Below, one piece after another: positions 1 to 10,229 of a DNA stretch of 64,000 bases. Below the pieces are notes generated by a model. The model saw only the letters and a list, made by a program, of their open reading frames with translations. It did not search any database and was not told the DNA's origin. Source of the DNA: an uncultured virus (IMG/VR IMGVR_UViG_3300048911_000053) (taxonomy: Duplodnaviria; Heunggongvirae; Uroviricota; Caudoviricetes); the IMG/VR virus record IMGVR_UViG_3300048911_000053; one strand, given 5' to 3'. The translations under genes and the position numbers were made by a program. The first letter of the stretch is position 1; every line of letters begins with the position of its first letter.

Positions 1-1245
1 CATTCCATTCGATGTTTGATCAGAAGCGAGTTTATAAAACAGCATGTATGTTCCTGCTGCCAGCGACAATCCTGTCAACGTCAAAGCACCTGCCCCATCC
101 GTAGACGTAGTTCCTGAAGCTAATACACTGCCGCCCCAAGTAGAAGTCAGATACCAATTAATACTTGTTGAAGCTACAGCAGCATTTGAGTTATCTCTCA
201 TGCCAAGTGATGTGCTTGTCGTAACAGCACTTGTCGTAAAGCTTCCTGTAACAACGTTAGAGTCACCATTGGCATTGTTCTGCACCAATGCGTAGTAATA
301 CGTTGTGCTTGCACTGAGGCTTGATACAGAGATTGTTGGAGATGTTGTTGTAACTGCAACAGCTCCGCTATTAGAAACACCTGATGTGCTTCCTGCTGCG
401 TTCTGTCCAGCTTTAACTTGTGTAGCTGTTACACCACTGAAGCCATTACTCGCAGACCAAACACCATAAATATTGTTTGAGCCTGCTGTCCCTTGGTTAG
501 TAGTAGCGCCAAGTGTTGCTGTAGTGGCTGTACCAATAGTTCCAGAAGGTGTTGGTGAGCTTAATGTTGCAGCAGGCGTGCCGGCTGTCTCTGCCAGTAC
601 AACCATTGCTACGTTGTGTACGTTCGCACCAACACTAATAGTGAATGTTGCAGCTTGACTCGCGAGAGACGTAACGCGCTTATGCTCGTTGGTAACACGA
701 GTCAACCCTGTTGTAGTCAGGCCAGTGAAGCCAGTACCAACTGCTGGGAGAGCTGCTGCGCTATTATTTCGAGCATGACCAAACACCAAAGCAGGCTGCA
801 TTGTGTTTGTTGCAGAACCCGACGTTAAGCCATCGGCTGTTGTTGGAGCGAATTGAACTTCTGCTTGCCCTATACTACAGGCAGAATCAATAGCACCTGA
901 TGTAGCAATGCCTGAGAATTCATGCAGGCACATATCGACTGAATCTACGGCTGAACTAAATGTCACCTTCAATGATGTGACGCCGGAAGGCATGTTCAGA
1001 AGAACAAGTATGTGAGAACCAACACCATTACCTGTATCTTGCAATCCGCCTGATGTTGTATCTGTGAATGTTAGAGATGTTCCTGTTTGATCTTTAACAG
1101 AAGTGACAGTTCTTGCACCACTATATCGATCAACAGTCAAAATAACGGCATTGCCTGCTGTTATTGTTGAATCTGGTGTGATGGTGAAGTTGTCGATTGT
1201 TGTAGAATTTGTATATGCTTTGGACTGGATTGGTGAATAAGCCAT
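1..1245 (-). CDS. Ser/Thr/Gly-rich beta-sandwich virion-associated protein, runs off the window (3' partial)
   Basis: Not in the ORF track. ATG at 1245 right after the stop of the previous gene, reading MAYSPIQSKAYTNSTT... open to position 1. Contains an FN3-like segment SLSASTTYYYALVQNNANGDS. Confidence 0.75.
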   Translation of the reverse strand, partial: MAYSPIQSKAYTNSTTIDNFTITPDSTITAGNAVILTVDRYSGARTVTSVKDQTGTSLTFTDTTSGGLQDTGNGVGSHILVLLNMPSGVTSLKVTFSSAVDSVDMCLHEFSGIATSGAIDSACSIGQAEVQFAPTTADGLTSGSATNTMQPALVFGHARNNSAAALPAVGTGFTGLTTTGLTRVTNEHKRVTSLASQAATFTISVGANVHNVAMVVLAETAGTPAATLSSPTPSGTIGTATTATLGATTNQGTAGSNNIYGVWSASNGFSGVTATQVKAGQNAAGSTSGVSNSGAVAVTTTSPTISVSSLSASTTYYYALVQNNANGDSNVVTGSFTTSAVTTSTSLGMRDNSNAAVASTSINWYLTSTWGGSVLASGTTSTDGAGALTLTGLSLAAGTYMLFYKLASDQTSNGM

Positions 1246-1248
1246 TTA

Positions 1249-2877
1249 TTAATTTGCCGTTAGAAGATTTAAAACATTCACACCGATATCAGCCCCATCG
1301 TGCCCGGCGTTCTTACCAAGTGACCCTGATGAAAGAGCGAATGTACTTAGATTCGTTATATCTAATGTTCCTGTGAAAGTAGGGGAGCCCGATACACCGT
1401 GAATTTCCTGAGTAGGAAATGCAGCTTTATAAGTTGATAATGAATACGAAATTTGTGAACGAATAATTGCGTTAGTTGCAGGTGTAAAGAAGTTAAAGTC
1501 AGTATCTAATAGAGGGTCAGCTGTGTTGAACTGATAGCCCATCAACCTTCCAGAGTTTGTGAAAAGGTTTGATCTAAACTTATTTCTAAGAGAGAAGTGT
1601 GTTGAACTTCCACTATCATGCAGAAGATTAACGTCAGCAAAAATTGTGTTGTGATACCACTCTATATCATCACCATTCTGTGATCCTGCTGATTCACCTA
1701 CTAAGATGCCTCCTCCGTTGTAAACTAGGTTATTAGTTACAACTGTCCATTGACCTTCCAAATTCATTGATTCATCAGAACATCTACTGATGACGTTATT
1801 TTTAATTTGAATGTCTACTTGGTTTTGTGCAGTAGCATTATGTGCATATTTCTGATAAACACCTTTAGGAACGTTATCTATTCTATTTCCAATTACATAG
1901 AGATGTTTAACATAACCACACCAGACCGCACACGTATTGTGACTCGTCGTAGAGGACGTTGGGCCTGGACCGTTGAATGTGTTTCTCGTGAAGTAGAGAT
2001 AATCAAAGTTCTGATTAGGGACACCGACAGCTCCATTATTATCGCCACCGACAGCCATATTAAAGATACAATTATCTACCCAAAAATAATTAGTACCTCC
2101 GAAGTTCTCTCCTAAGAACCAACAAGTTCCATTACTATTAAAAGTAATGTCACGGATACACCAATAATGGTGGTTATCCCAGGCGAACTTATTAGCCCCG
2201 CAATTAATTGTTACGGTTTCGCCAGGATAGGCTTTCATAACAGCCCATGATGTAGTTGATGAACCGTTTGCAGCACTACTTGTGTTGGAGAAGACATCAA
2301 AGAATGACGCCGCTGGCGTATATGCTCCACCACGAATTACTAAGCCTTTTCCAGAGCGCATTGCTAAATCTAATGTTGCAGATGTTAATGCTCTTGGAGA
2401 CGTTATTGTTCCTGTATTGCTATCACTCCCCGTAGTAGCTGCATAGATTGGAGTGCCAACATCTGGAAGAGCGATCCCCCCAATTGTGATAACAGATGAA
2501 CCTGATGTAGAACCACTTACTATATTGCTATATAAAGAAGATAATCCTCCACCATTCCCAGCTTTACTTCTAAAGCTCCAACTTGTTGCAGTTCCAACAT
2601 CGTAATCGAAATACGTTGTGCCTGTTGTCAAATTAGGGCCGGCAGAAGAGTAAGCTCCTCCATTTAAGGAAACCTCCCTCGTAAGGTAAGTTGCAGATGA
2701 CGGGAAAGTTGTGATTGCAACTCGCTTAATATTTCCGCTTTGACTTGTTATTGCACCAAGTGTAGGAGCTACTGGAGGAGTTACTGGTGCATCTCCATTT
2801 TGATACCCACTATACCTCTTACCATCTGCCGAAGGCTTTACTATCCAAGATTTACTATTTGCGTTTTTTATTGACAT
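1249..2877 (-). CDS. Putative tailspike/depolymerase: FN3-like N-terminus plus right-handed parallel beta-helix (pectate-lyase-like)
   Basis: 542 aa, Asn/Gly-rich stacked strands (FWVDNCIFN, YFTRNTFN, YVIGNRIDN, IKNNVIS, VTNNLVYN), GSDSNTGTITSP motif, C-terminal GADIG. Lies after the tail fibre genes. Confidence 0.65.
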   Translation of the reverse strand: MSIKNANSKSWIVKPSADGKRYSGYQNGDAPVTPPVAPTLGAITSQSGNIKRVAITTFPSSATYLTREVSLNGGAYSSAGPNLTTGTTYFDYDVGTATSWSFRSKAGNGGGLSSLYSNIVSGSTSGSSVITIGGIALPDVGTPIYAATTGSDSNTGTITSPRALTSATLDLAMRSGKGLVIRGGAYTPAASFFDVFSNTSSAANGSSTTSWAVMKAYPGETVTINCGANKFAWDNHHYWCIRDITFNSNGTCWFLGENFGGTNYFWVDNCIFNMAVGGDNNGAVGVPNQNFDYLYFTRNTFNGPGPTSSTTSHNTCAVWCGYVKHLYVIGNRIDNVPKGVYQKYAHNATAQNQVDIQIKNNVISRCSDESMNLEGQWTVVTNNLVYNGGGILVGESAGSQNGDDIEWYHNTIFADVNLLHDSGSSTHFSLRNKFRSNLFTNSGRLMGYQFNTADPLLDTDFNFFTPATNAIIRSQISYSLSTYKAAFPTQEIHGVSGSPTFTGTLDITNLSTFALSSGSLGKNAGHDGADIGVNVLNLLTAN

Positions 2878-2878
2878 C

Positions 2879-3439
2879 TTATTCTTCTAATGGGAAATCC
2901 CAGTCAATCTTATTAACTTGGTTCTTTGTTGTTCGGGATTCAATGAAGTCTTTTAAAGCCCAACTTCTCTTCATTACTGATTGATAGTTTTGAAAGAAAG
3001 CTGAAGCAAATGCGGAAAACTTCTGAACGTCCATTGGGATGTTGTTATTGTCTTTGCTTCGCCAAGTGAAATCTAAAGGGAGAGGGATTCCTGCAATAAT
3101 AGAAGCCATTACACCTGTGATGTTTGTCTTAGCCTGATCATCTGAATCGTAGATAACACCATCGAAGACGAAACCAGTATTAAAAGACTCTTGTCTTTTG
3201 ATATTTATATAACTGAGCCTTGAGTCTTTAATTTGTCTTAGAGTGAAGAGAGATTCAGGATCAATTACTGTAGGACTTCCACTCGAATCACCAACAATTT
3301 GTTTGCCGTTTGATTGCAGAGACAAGAGCTGTTGATGAGCCGCTTCGGTTATCTCTACTGCATCGCCGGGAATTTGCTCAGGAAGATGGATATTTGGATC
3401 ATAAAATCCACCTGTTGTTTTACTATAATAGATAGTCAT
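2879..3439 (-). CDS. Tail fibre assembly chaperone (Tfa/DUF4376-like)
   Basis: MTIYYSKTTGGFYD...IPGDAVEITEAAHQQLL and WRSKDNNNIPM motifs. Follows the tail fibre gene. Start placed at the ATG overlapping the fibre stop. Confidence 0.8.
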   Translation of the reverse strand: MTIYYSKTTGGFYDPNIHLPEQIPGDAVEITEAAHQQLLSLQSNGKQIVGDSSGSPTVIDPESLFTLRQIKDSRLSYINIKRQESFNTGFVFDGVIYDSDDQAKTNITGVMASIIAGIPLPLDFTWRSKDNNNIPMDVQKFSAFASAFFQNYQSVMKRSWALKDFIESRTTKNQVNKIDWDFPLEE

Positions 3440-4923
3440 TAGTATCCTATTGCGATCCAAAATGATTTAGATATATTCCCTAGCCCAGCACCATTACTGG
3501 TGAATACATCAGTTACTGTGCTAAAACCACTCAGAGTAACGGTATTTGGTGCCCATCTTCGGAGATACGTGTTACCACCGCCGTAAGAATCAGACGGAAA
3601 GTTGACGCCGAAACACGCATTTGGAAAGGCTATCGGGAATGTTACGCTGCTGTTTGTGCTTACTGCGGATTGCTGCACGCCCCATTGAATAATTAATCCA
3701 CTTGGTAATCTTTGATACCCATTTTGAGCTAATGACTGAATTGGTTGAGAGTTTCCACTCCAAATAAATCCATTATCATTTCCATCAATCGAGACTCTTA
3801 ATCCATTAGCACTCCATCCAAGTCTTACTTTATTAGCTGTTTGAAATGGACCGCCGCCTTGTTCAACGGGTGTGTATCCCAATGCATTTTGCTTTGAATT
3901 AGGATCGAAGTTTCCAGAGTTAAAATTATAAATCCACCCACTCCAAACACCGGCATTAAAAAATCTAGTCCATGTCAACGTAGTATTAGATATTGGACTA
4001 TAAGTTTGTTTACACCAGTTTGCATCTCCGCCACCTTCTACTATGACAAAGCCATGTTGTGCTTGAGGAATGTTCGTAGCTGTATTTGAGACATTTAAGA
4101 ATTGAGTTGTTTTATAATTGTTTAGGTCTATTGATTGCCAACCCGCAGAAGCACCTAAACCAAAATCACCTGTGATGGTAACTTTCGTCCAAGCTCTCCA
4201 AGTTCCACCAACAAGGGTTCTCGTAAAGCAATCATTAGAGTTCGCTGCATATGCAACTTGCTTTTGGTAGGTAGAACCATCTGAAACTTGATGAAGCAGG
4301 TAGTTGTAGTCCCCATTCGGAGGACCATTTGGAGAACTATTTGTTAAATAATACAGACCGTTTCTTGTAAGGGCGTTGTAATCGAGGACTTGCGCTCCTG
4401 TAAAGCTCCTACCGAAACCCCAATCACCAACTTTCATTGCATCGCCAACAGCACCAGTGGTGTTTAATACAGCGGCTGACCCTAGTTGGAGATTGTTTCT
4501 CGCGGTAACTGGATTATTTAAGTCACTGAGGTTGTTCGTTGCTCGAAGATATCTACCATCAGATGTTGCTTTACTGTAAGCCGTTCCGGCTGAATCCCAT
4601 GCAAGAACCCAATAAGATGATGCGTCTGGAGCTGTTACTGGATTTTTATTCGTATTTGTAACCAGACATTTGTATATGAGTCCATCCGAACCCATTACAT
4701 AAGACTTACCATTTCTGTAATCAGTTGTAGCATCCCATTCTGAAATGCCATGTTGGTTAATATGCGCAATGAATTGATCCTGTCTGTTCTGAAGGTAATT
4801 CTCATATTCAAAAGGAGGGATTTCTGCAACCCACCCCTGAGCAATTTTTGCATCTGATGGGACTGTCTTTGTTCCAGTGTCAGCCCATACTTTGTTTACA
4901 TTTGGTTTAGAAAATTCTGCCAT
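3439..4923 (-). CDS. Tail fibre protein
   Basis: N-terminal baseplate-anchor segment (KIAQGWVAEIPPFEYENY), NNLSDLNNPVTARNNLQLG, knob-like repeats, C-terminal NGYQRLPSGLIIQWG...FPIAFPNAC...WIAIGY. Confidence 0.9.
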   Translation of the reverse strand: MAEFSKPNVNKVWADTGTKTVPSDAKIAQGWVAEIPPFEYENYLQNRQDQFIAHINQHGISEWDATTDYRNGKSYVMGSDGLIYKCLVTNTNKNPVTAPDASSYWVLAWDSAGTAYSKATSDGRYLRATNNLSDLNNPVTARNNLQLGSAAVLNTTGAVGDAMKVGDWGFGRSFTGAQVLDYNALTRNGLYYLTNSSPNGPPNGDYNYLLHQVSDGSTYQKQVAYAANSNDCFTRTLVGGTWRAWTKVTITGDFGLGASAGWQSIDLNNYKTTQFLNVSNTATNIPQAQHGFVIVEGGGDANWCKQTYSPISNTTLTWTRFFNAGVWSGWIYNFNSGNFDPNSKQNALGYTPVEQGGGPFQTANKVRLGWSANGLRVSIDGNDNGFIWSGNSQPIQSLAQNGYQRLPSGLIIQWGVQQSAVSTNSSVTFPIAFPNACFGVNFPSDSYGGGNTYLRRWAPNTVTLSGFSTVTDVFTSNGAGLGNISKSFWIAIGY

Positions 4924-4935
4924 TTATTTTTATCT

Positions 4936-5577
4936 TTAAAGGATAGTTCCTGAGTAATCAAGATCAATTCCAAGTGGAAGGGGGATGTATCGATCACCTA
5001 GAGCTATCTCATCAAGCCCTTTAAAATAGGAGAGTTGAGGATCGTTATAGCTTCGACCAATGTTCAAAGAAATTCTTGCAGAGGATTCTGTATACGTTAT
5101 GTTTGTCACGTTGTACAAAAGCTTAATAATTTCAATGAAGTCGTCGATTGTTCCTTGAGTTGTATTTTTCAGAATTTTGATTTTGATGAGTGCTCTGTAT
5201 TCATCATCATTTAGGAATCGAGCACCACGTAAGTCTTCATACAAACTCTTATATCTTCCACCTACTAAGGTGCTACCAGAAGTTCCATAACTCAAAGCAC
5301 CGCTCGCTCCAACGAACCCGAAGAAGTAATAGATAACCGAATCAAACAAATCCCTTGGCTGACCAACAATATTTCCAATATGGTCGAGCTGTATACCCGT
5401 TGCAGTATCAATTGTTCTCTTCTGCATTAAATCAGCTAAAACTGATTGAATAGCCAACGATTCTTTCGTTATCAATTGAACCAAGTTATCAATTACAGGT
5501 TTTTCTTTGAACTGCTCGGTTACTCTATCTCTCGCCTGCTCAAGAAAGTCAGTCTGAATAAAAGGATTTGTATCCAT
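4936..5577 (-). CDS. Baseplate wedge protein (DUF2612-like)
   Basis: TATGIQLDHIGNIVG and LNDDEYRALIKIKILKN motifs. Position between baseplate J and fibre. Confidence 0.8.
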   Translation of the reverse strand: MDTNPFIQTDFLEQARDRVTEQFKEKPVIDNLVQLITKESLAIQSVLADLMQKRTIDTATGIQLDHIGNIVGQPRDLFDSVIYYFFGFVGASGALSYGTSGSTLVGGRYKSLYEDLRGARFLNDDEYRALIKIKILKNTTQGTIDDFIEIIKLLYNVTNITYTESSARISLNIGRSYNDPQLSYFKGLDEIALGDRYIPLPLGIDLDYSGTIL

Positions 5578-5578
5578 A

Positions 5579-7030
5579 TTAAGTGATCGTTATCGTAATG
5601 TTACTGGCATCCAGTGTTGGAATCTGACTGAAGGTAGTTGTTATGTTCGAGGTGCCAGAAGGTGATGGAGATGTTCCAGCATGCAATGAATTGACTTGAT
5701 GACCGGCTACTGAGTTGATAGGTGAATAGAGTCTTGAAAAGATAACATCACTACCGATCGACATAGTATCTTTGTTGAAGTTAACCAAAGCAGCTTTAAT
5801 CTGATCAACACCATCTGGAGGAAAGTCTGCATCCGTTGAGATGTTAATGGTGACGTAGTAAACGAGTGGGGTTGGTCTTTGAAAATAAATTGTCTTAGAG
5901 TTTCCAGCAGCATCGGTTATCGTTGTTGAGGATGAACCGTAAGTTCTAATACCGACAGGCTTATTTTTCCAGATAGCCGCACCAATATCTGTTGCAGTGC
6001 CACCACTAATCAGAGCCATAAAACTATGTGCAGGAATACCATTACCGTCAGTCGTATCCGTTTCATTAGAAAGGATGATTACTTCTTCGACACCGACGAT
6101 ATCTTTTAAATCAGAATATAATGCGTCCCCGATGTTTCCACCACGGATGTATTTGGCATTCTTAAAGCGGAGCCTTAACTCCTCATCTGTTTCAGCATTT
6201 CGGCCAGTTGTTGCTGACGTATAGTTAACAACACCGTCCCAACCAAGAATAGGTGTGGCAATCGTATCAATTGTATTTGGGCCTTGATCGAGTGGACCTG
6301 TTTCGGTTGCAGTGCATAAACAATACTTCGTTGACTTAACTGTACTTAGTGATCCAGTTAATACGACCGTCAAAGGCGAAAAGCTATTCAGAGTCGTTAC
6401 TGTCAGGAATGTATTATCAATAGTTGCTGTTGTTACGAGACTTGAAGCGTTTGCATCAATCTGCGCTTTTAATCCATTCAGGATTTCTATTAACGTAGCT
6501 GATGAATCTGAAGTGTATGATGAGGTGATAGTTCTTATCCCATCAGAAATTTGGACACTATATGTAGAAGCATTCGATACAGTGGTTATTGCTACTGTAA
6601 AACTTGAAACGTTAGTATTATTCAGTGTCACAGCTATATCCGTTGTGAACTGAACACCAGTGAAACTTGATTTAACTGTAGAGCCTTGTGGGATCGTTGT
6701 ATTGTAATCTCCAGACAAGAAGACATAAGCTTGCGTTGGAGAGGCTGTGAAACGTTGAAGGCCCCCAAGGAATACTTGATTATCTAAAGCAATGCCAGAA
6801 GCTGAATTAGGATCATAAGCCATCCATACTTCTTGAAGCTGTTCCCATAGCTCAGTAAGTGGCGCTGATTGCAGACCGATCAATCTTCCTAAGATGCTGC
6901 CGGGAGTTGTATCAACTTTATCACCGGGAGGAACTAAGTCTTGAAAGAGAGCTGTTGCTTCTGAGTTGAGTGAATCAAGTATCTCTGGCAGTCTTTTTAT
7001 CGTTAAACCTTTATCTGTGATTCCTGCCAT
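5579..7030 (-). CDS. Baseplate J-like wedge protein
   Basis: GRNAETDEELRLR, DPNSASGIALD and GIPAHSF motifs. Confidence 0.9.
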   Translation of the reverse strand: MAGITDKGLTIKRLPEILDSLNSEATALFQDLVPPGDKVDTTPGSILGRLIGLQSAPLTELWEQLQEVWMAYDPNSASGIALDNQVFLGGLQRFTASPTQAYVFLSGDYNTTIPQGSTVKSSFTGVQFTTDIAVTLNNTNVSSFTVAITTVSNASTYSVQISDGIRTITSSYTSDSSATLIEILNGLKAQIDANASSLVTTATIDNTFLTVTTLNSFSPLTVVLTGSLSTVKSTKYCLCTATETGPLDQGPNTIDTIATPILGWDGVVNYTSATTGRNAETDEELRLRFKNAKYIRGGNIGDALYSDLKDIVGVEEVIILSNETDTTDGNGIPAHSFMALISGGTATDIGAAIWKNKPVGIRTYGSSSTTITDAAGNSKTIYFQRPTPLVYYVTINISTDADFPPDGVDQIKAALVNFNKDTMSIGSDVIFSRLYSPINSVAGHQVNSLHAGTSPSPSGTSNITTTFSQIPTLDASNITITIT

Positions 7031-7033
7031 TAA

Positions 7034-7396
7034 TTAACCAACTGTTATTATATTTATGTTGTCAGTGATATTGCCTGAAGTATCTTGAACTCTGAATGAA
7101 AGGCTATATTCTCTGGTGTTTGTTTTTACGCTGGTAAATTCGATAATTTGTTTTACGTACTCATCTTCTCTAATAATATTTTGAAGAATCGCATCGATTG
7201 TTGCTTTATCTCTATTTTTACCAAGAATGCTTTGATAATAAGGAGTGCCGTAGTCTTCATCTAAATACCACTCACCCATGAAGGTGAGTAGTTTGATCTT
7301 TAAACGTTGAGACAGCGCCTCTGTAATATTTGATGTAACTTGAGCACTACCATCAAAAACAATGTCGTGTGTAGTACTGTCAAGGAGAAGGTCCAT
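7034..7396 (-). CDS. Baseplate wedge/sheath initiator (gp25/DUF2634-like)
   Basis: QRLKIKLLTFMGEWYLDEDYGTPY motif, 120 aa, upstream of baseplate J. Confidence 0.8.
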   Translation of the reverse strand: MDLLLDSTTHDIVFDGSAQVTSNITEALSQRLKIKLLTFMGEWYLDEDYGTPYYQSILGKNRDKATIDAILQNIIREDEYVKQIIEFTSVKTNTREYSLSFRVQDTSGNITDNINIITVG

Positions 7397-8229
7397 TAGT
7401 TTGGTCCTGCTGAAACAACTGTTGAACTTCCAGTTTGTACGTTTACAACATTATGGTTGTGAGTCGATCCGATATTTTTACCGTCGTGACTAATTGATCC
7501 ACCAGTAAATGTTACTGATCCGTTGAAATTGGACGTATATCCGCTGGCTACAGAGAAATTGCCGTATACAGTGACGGTGCCATTCATTCTTATTGTTGGG
7601 CTTGTCACGACGGTAGAGGTTGCATTTACTGCAACATCTGTGGCGTTAACAGTTGCGGTTGTAGAATTTATTACTGTGTCCGGGGCGTTCACTTCAACCT
7701 TCACAGGCGAATTGGCAACGATCTTCCCATCAGGTTTTAAACGTACTTCGCACTCAGCGGCAGTACCAATGTTATGCGCAATAACAGCATCTTTTGTGCT
7801 GTGCGAGTGAGTTCTTTGCTTAGGGTTATTTATTGCATTGGAGAAAGGAGAGAGGCCAGGAATTGCCATAGCATCTCGCCTATCATGTTTTCTAAAGTCT
7901 GTCGGCTTTGTTGGAAGCCCACCACCTGCTTTAAATGTGTCTAATCCTCTTTGGGAGAATACACATAAAACAGTATCACCTTTATCAACAGGGAAAGTGA
8001 AAGCTGAAGTTTTTGATGATGGAAATATCAACGGAACATTCAGAATAGGGGGATGAGCCACTGTGGACCCATCGGGGAATATTTTATTTATAAGTGGTTG
8101 AACATCTACACGCTGATCCTGTAGGTTCGAATGAACTGTTAGAATTACACAAGGTATTGCGGTGTTCGTATTAATCATTTCATAAGAGAAGGCACTCTTA
8201 ACAACTTCTTCTAAGCTTGACTCTCTCAT
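7396..8229 (-). CDS. Baseplate central spike (Gp138/gpV-like)
   Basis: OB-fold N-terminus (VDVQPLIN, GDTVLCVFSQR, RKHDRRDAMAIPG), beta-helix, C-terminal HNH-type metal-binding tip (STHNHNV). Confidence 0.85.
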   Translation of the reverse strand: MRESSLEEVVKSAFSYEMINTNTAIPCVILTVHSNLQDQRVDVQPLINKIFPDGSTVAHPPILNVPLIFPSSKTSAFTFPVDKGDTVLCVFSQRGLDTFKAGGGLPTKPTDFRKHDRRDAMAIPGLSPFSNAINNPKQRTHSHSTKDAVIAHNIGTAAECEVRLKPDGKIVANSPVKVEVNAPDTVINSTTATVNATDVAVNATSTVVTSPTIRMNGTVTVYGNFSVASGYTSNFNGSVTFTGGSISHDGKNIGSTHNHNVVNVQTGSSTVVSAGPN

Positions 8230-9101
8230 TTTTCAATCTTACCTGTACAATAAACTTTGCAATCCCATGTATCACCACGGTAGTCACCATGAAACTCAAC
8301 AGAATCAACTTTAAATGGTCCTGAGATATCTCCTGTATCCCTCAGTACAACGAGGCTCCCAGGTTTAATCGTTGGATTAATGAGGCAAATAAATTCAATA
8401 CCTTCTTTTTTGGCAGGGTCTTTCTTGTGTCGTCTTCTGTCACCGCTCGTGTAATAGGGTGATTCAATCATTCCGGTTGTTGGTGAAATGATAGGTGCAT
8501 CCACTTCATTACCTGTGTGTCCTTTAGCATCGTTGACGTAAAGAACTTTGCTGTCGATACGCCACTCAATATCATAGGATTCAGCCAGTTCATCGAGCAT
8601 TTGTTTTGGTGTACCGCTTAATGGATAGCCGTATGTGGCTTGCTGGGTAATTCCAGTTCCTGTGTAGACGCCTTTGGCAATATCCGGCATGGCTGCTCTA
8701 ATGCGTTCAAGAACTTGTTGAACAGTAGAACCAGAAGGAACAACCTCAGAAATATCTGTTTGGTGTAAAGCTGTGTAGCTCGATCCAATGTCTAATTCCG
8801 TAATTCGGTCAGGACCTTCTTTCTTTGTTCTGAAGTAAGTTATGTCACCACTGTAGAGTGTGTGAAGTCCTGTTTCTCTATAACCGACCTTTAATTCCGC
8901 AGAAAGATATTCACTTTTGAATTTACCAAGTGATACTTCCGAAAGGTTGTATATTTTTATTCTGCAACGATCAGGACGATCTTTATTAGAGGCTGACTTA
9001 CTTATTTGAAATGTGATTTGTAGATCGGAGATTTTTAACCCTTCACCGTTTTGTAAATTACCAATAACCAGTGAATAAATCCTATCTCTTTGCAATGCCA
9101 T
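8226..9101 (-). CDS. Baseplate hub protein
   Basis: CRIKIYNLSE, ISPTTGMIESP and CLINPTIKPG motifs; synteny. Confidence 0.75.
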   Translation of the reverse strand: MALQRDRIYSLVIGNLQNGEGLKISDLQITFQISKSASNKDRPDRCRIKIYNLSEVSLGKFKSEYLSAELKVGYRETGLHTLYSGDITYFRTKKEGPDRITELDIGSSYTALHQTDISEVVPSGSTVQQVLERIRAAMPDIAKGVYTGTGITQQATYGYPLSGTPKQMLDELAESYDIEWRIDSKVLYVNDAKGHTGNEVDAPIISPTTGMIESPYYTSGDRRRHKKDPAKKEGIEFICLINPTIKPGSLVVLRDTGDISGPFKVDSVEFHGDYRGDTWDCKVYCTGKIEK

Positions 9102-9102
9102 G

Positions 9103-9435
9103 TTATGTACTGTATATGTAATAGAGATCGTAATACTGATCTAAGTATCGGGCTTTAGTTAAATACTCATCTGAGCTTGTTTCTGATTTAGCAACTAGGA
9201 GGAAATAGCCAGACAGGAATGGAGAATAAAATTCATCAAGAATAGGGTAATTCGGTGTTAGTCGGACACCCTCAACAATTGAATTCCCTGATTCTTCACT
9301 AACGGACATAAACCAAGAATTTGCTCGTTCATTGAAAGTAAATCTGAATACAAGAGAAACACCCTCAATGACTGCTGAATAGCTGTAGATTGCATTAGAG
9401 TTTAATGAAAGCAACGAAGCTTTTACTGTAGTCAT
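9103..9435 (-). CDS. Small baseplate/virion structural protein
   Basis: 110 aa with FRFTFNERANSWFMSV, in the conserved position before the hub gene. Confidence 0.65.
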   Translation of the reverse strand: MTTVKASLLSLNSNAIYSYSAVIEGVSLVFRFTFNERANSWFMSVSEESGNSIVEGVRLTPNYPILDEFYSPFLSGYFLLVAKSETSSDEYLTKARYLDQYYDLYYIYST

Positions 9436-10229
9436 TTAGGCAGGACTCCTGTATCTTTCAAAAATTTAACGGTCTTTGGAAGAGACTTTCCGTCTTGCTT
9501 TTTAAAGCTATCAATTAATTCACTAAGGGATGTTGTAATAGTTTCTTTTACATCTTGCAAAACTGTCGTAGTTTCGTCTTTGGAAAGTGGCCCCTTGTAT
9601 GTCTCTGTGCTTGCTTTATCTTTCATTGAACCGGAGACTGACTTGGCAACTTTCGTTGTTTTAAGTTCTATAAATGTTGCTCTTTGTAAGGTGATATCTA
9701 CATTCAGAACATCACCAGAGTCAGGGTCTTCAGAGAATTGAAGATTAGTGATTACAAGATCAAGCTCATACGTAGTAGGTACTGTGCCTTCAAACTCGAT
9801 CATCGTGACTGTCTCTCGGTTATCACGAATACTGATCAAGAGATTTTTTACACGTTGTAAGCTATTAACTTCTCTATCAGCCAATTCGATTTGTGGAGAA
9901 ACACTTTTACCGAAAGGTGAGAGTGACCCTATAACTGTTTCCAAGAGTGTGTCTTGGACTTTGATAATGTTTACAGGGTCTGCTACTACATTGTTGTTTA
10001 CGAATGTGAATTCGGAGCTACTTGGTCTTCCTGTATTAAAGTCAACGCTGCTGAACACACCTTTCAATGTAAATGTTGGATTCTCAGTAACGATATGATC
10101 GTTGATCGATCCAGCACCATCAATAGGGTGCGCAGTTAATTTGCTTTGGTAAGAAGATGAGTTTGTTAGTACTGCGTCAAAGAATACTGTATCAGCTTCT
10201 GAATCTGTCCTTTGTAAAGCTATAGTCAT
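9432..10229 (-). CDS. Distal tail/tube-initiator (Dit-like) baseplate protein
   Basis: LTAHPIDGAGSINDHIVTEN motif, immediately after tape measure. Confidence 0.7.
   Translation of the reverse strand: MTIALQRTDSEADTVFFDAVLTNSSSYQSKLTAHPIDGAGSINDHIVTENPTFTLKGVFSSVDFNTGRPSSSEFTFVNNNVVADPVNIIKVQDTLLETVIGSLSPFGKSVSPQIELADREVNSLQRVKNLLISIRDNRETVTMIEFEGTVPTTYELDLVITNLQFSEDPDSGDVLNVDITLQRATFIELKTTKVAKSVSGSMKDKASTETYKGPLSKDETTTVLQDVKETITTSLSELIDSFKKQDGKSLPKTVKFLKDTGVLPK

Noticed and set aside
44..828. Short plus-strand ORFs in the track
   Set aside because: They overlap a longer minus-strand ORF (1..1245) that continues the structural operon.
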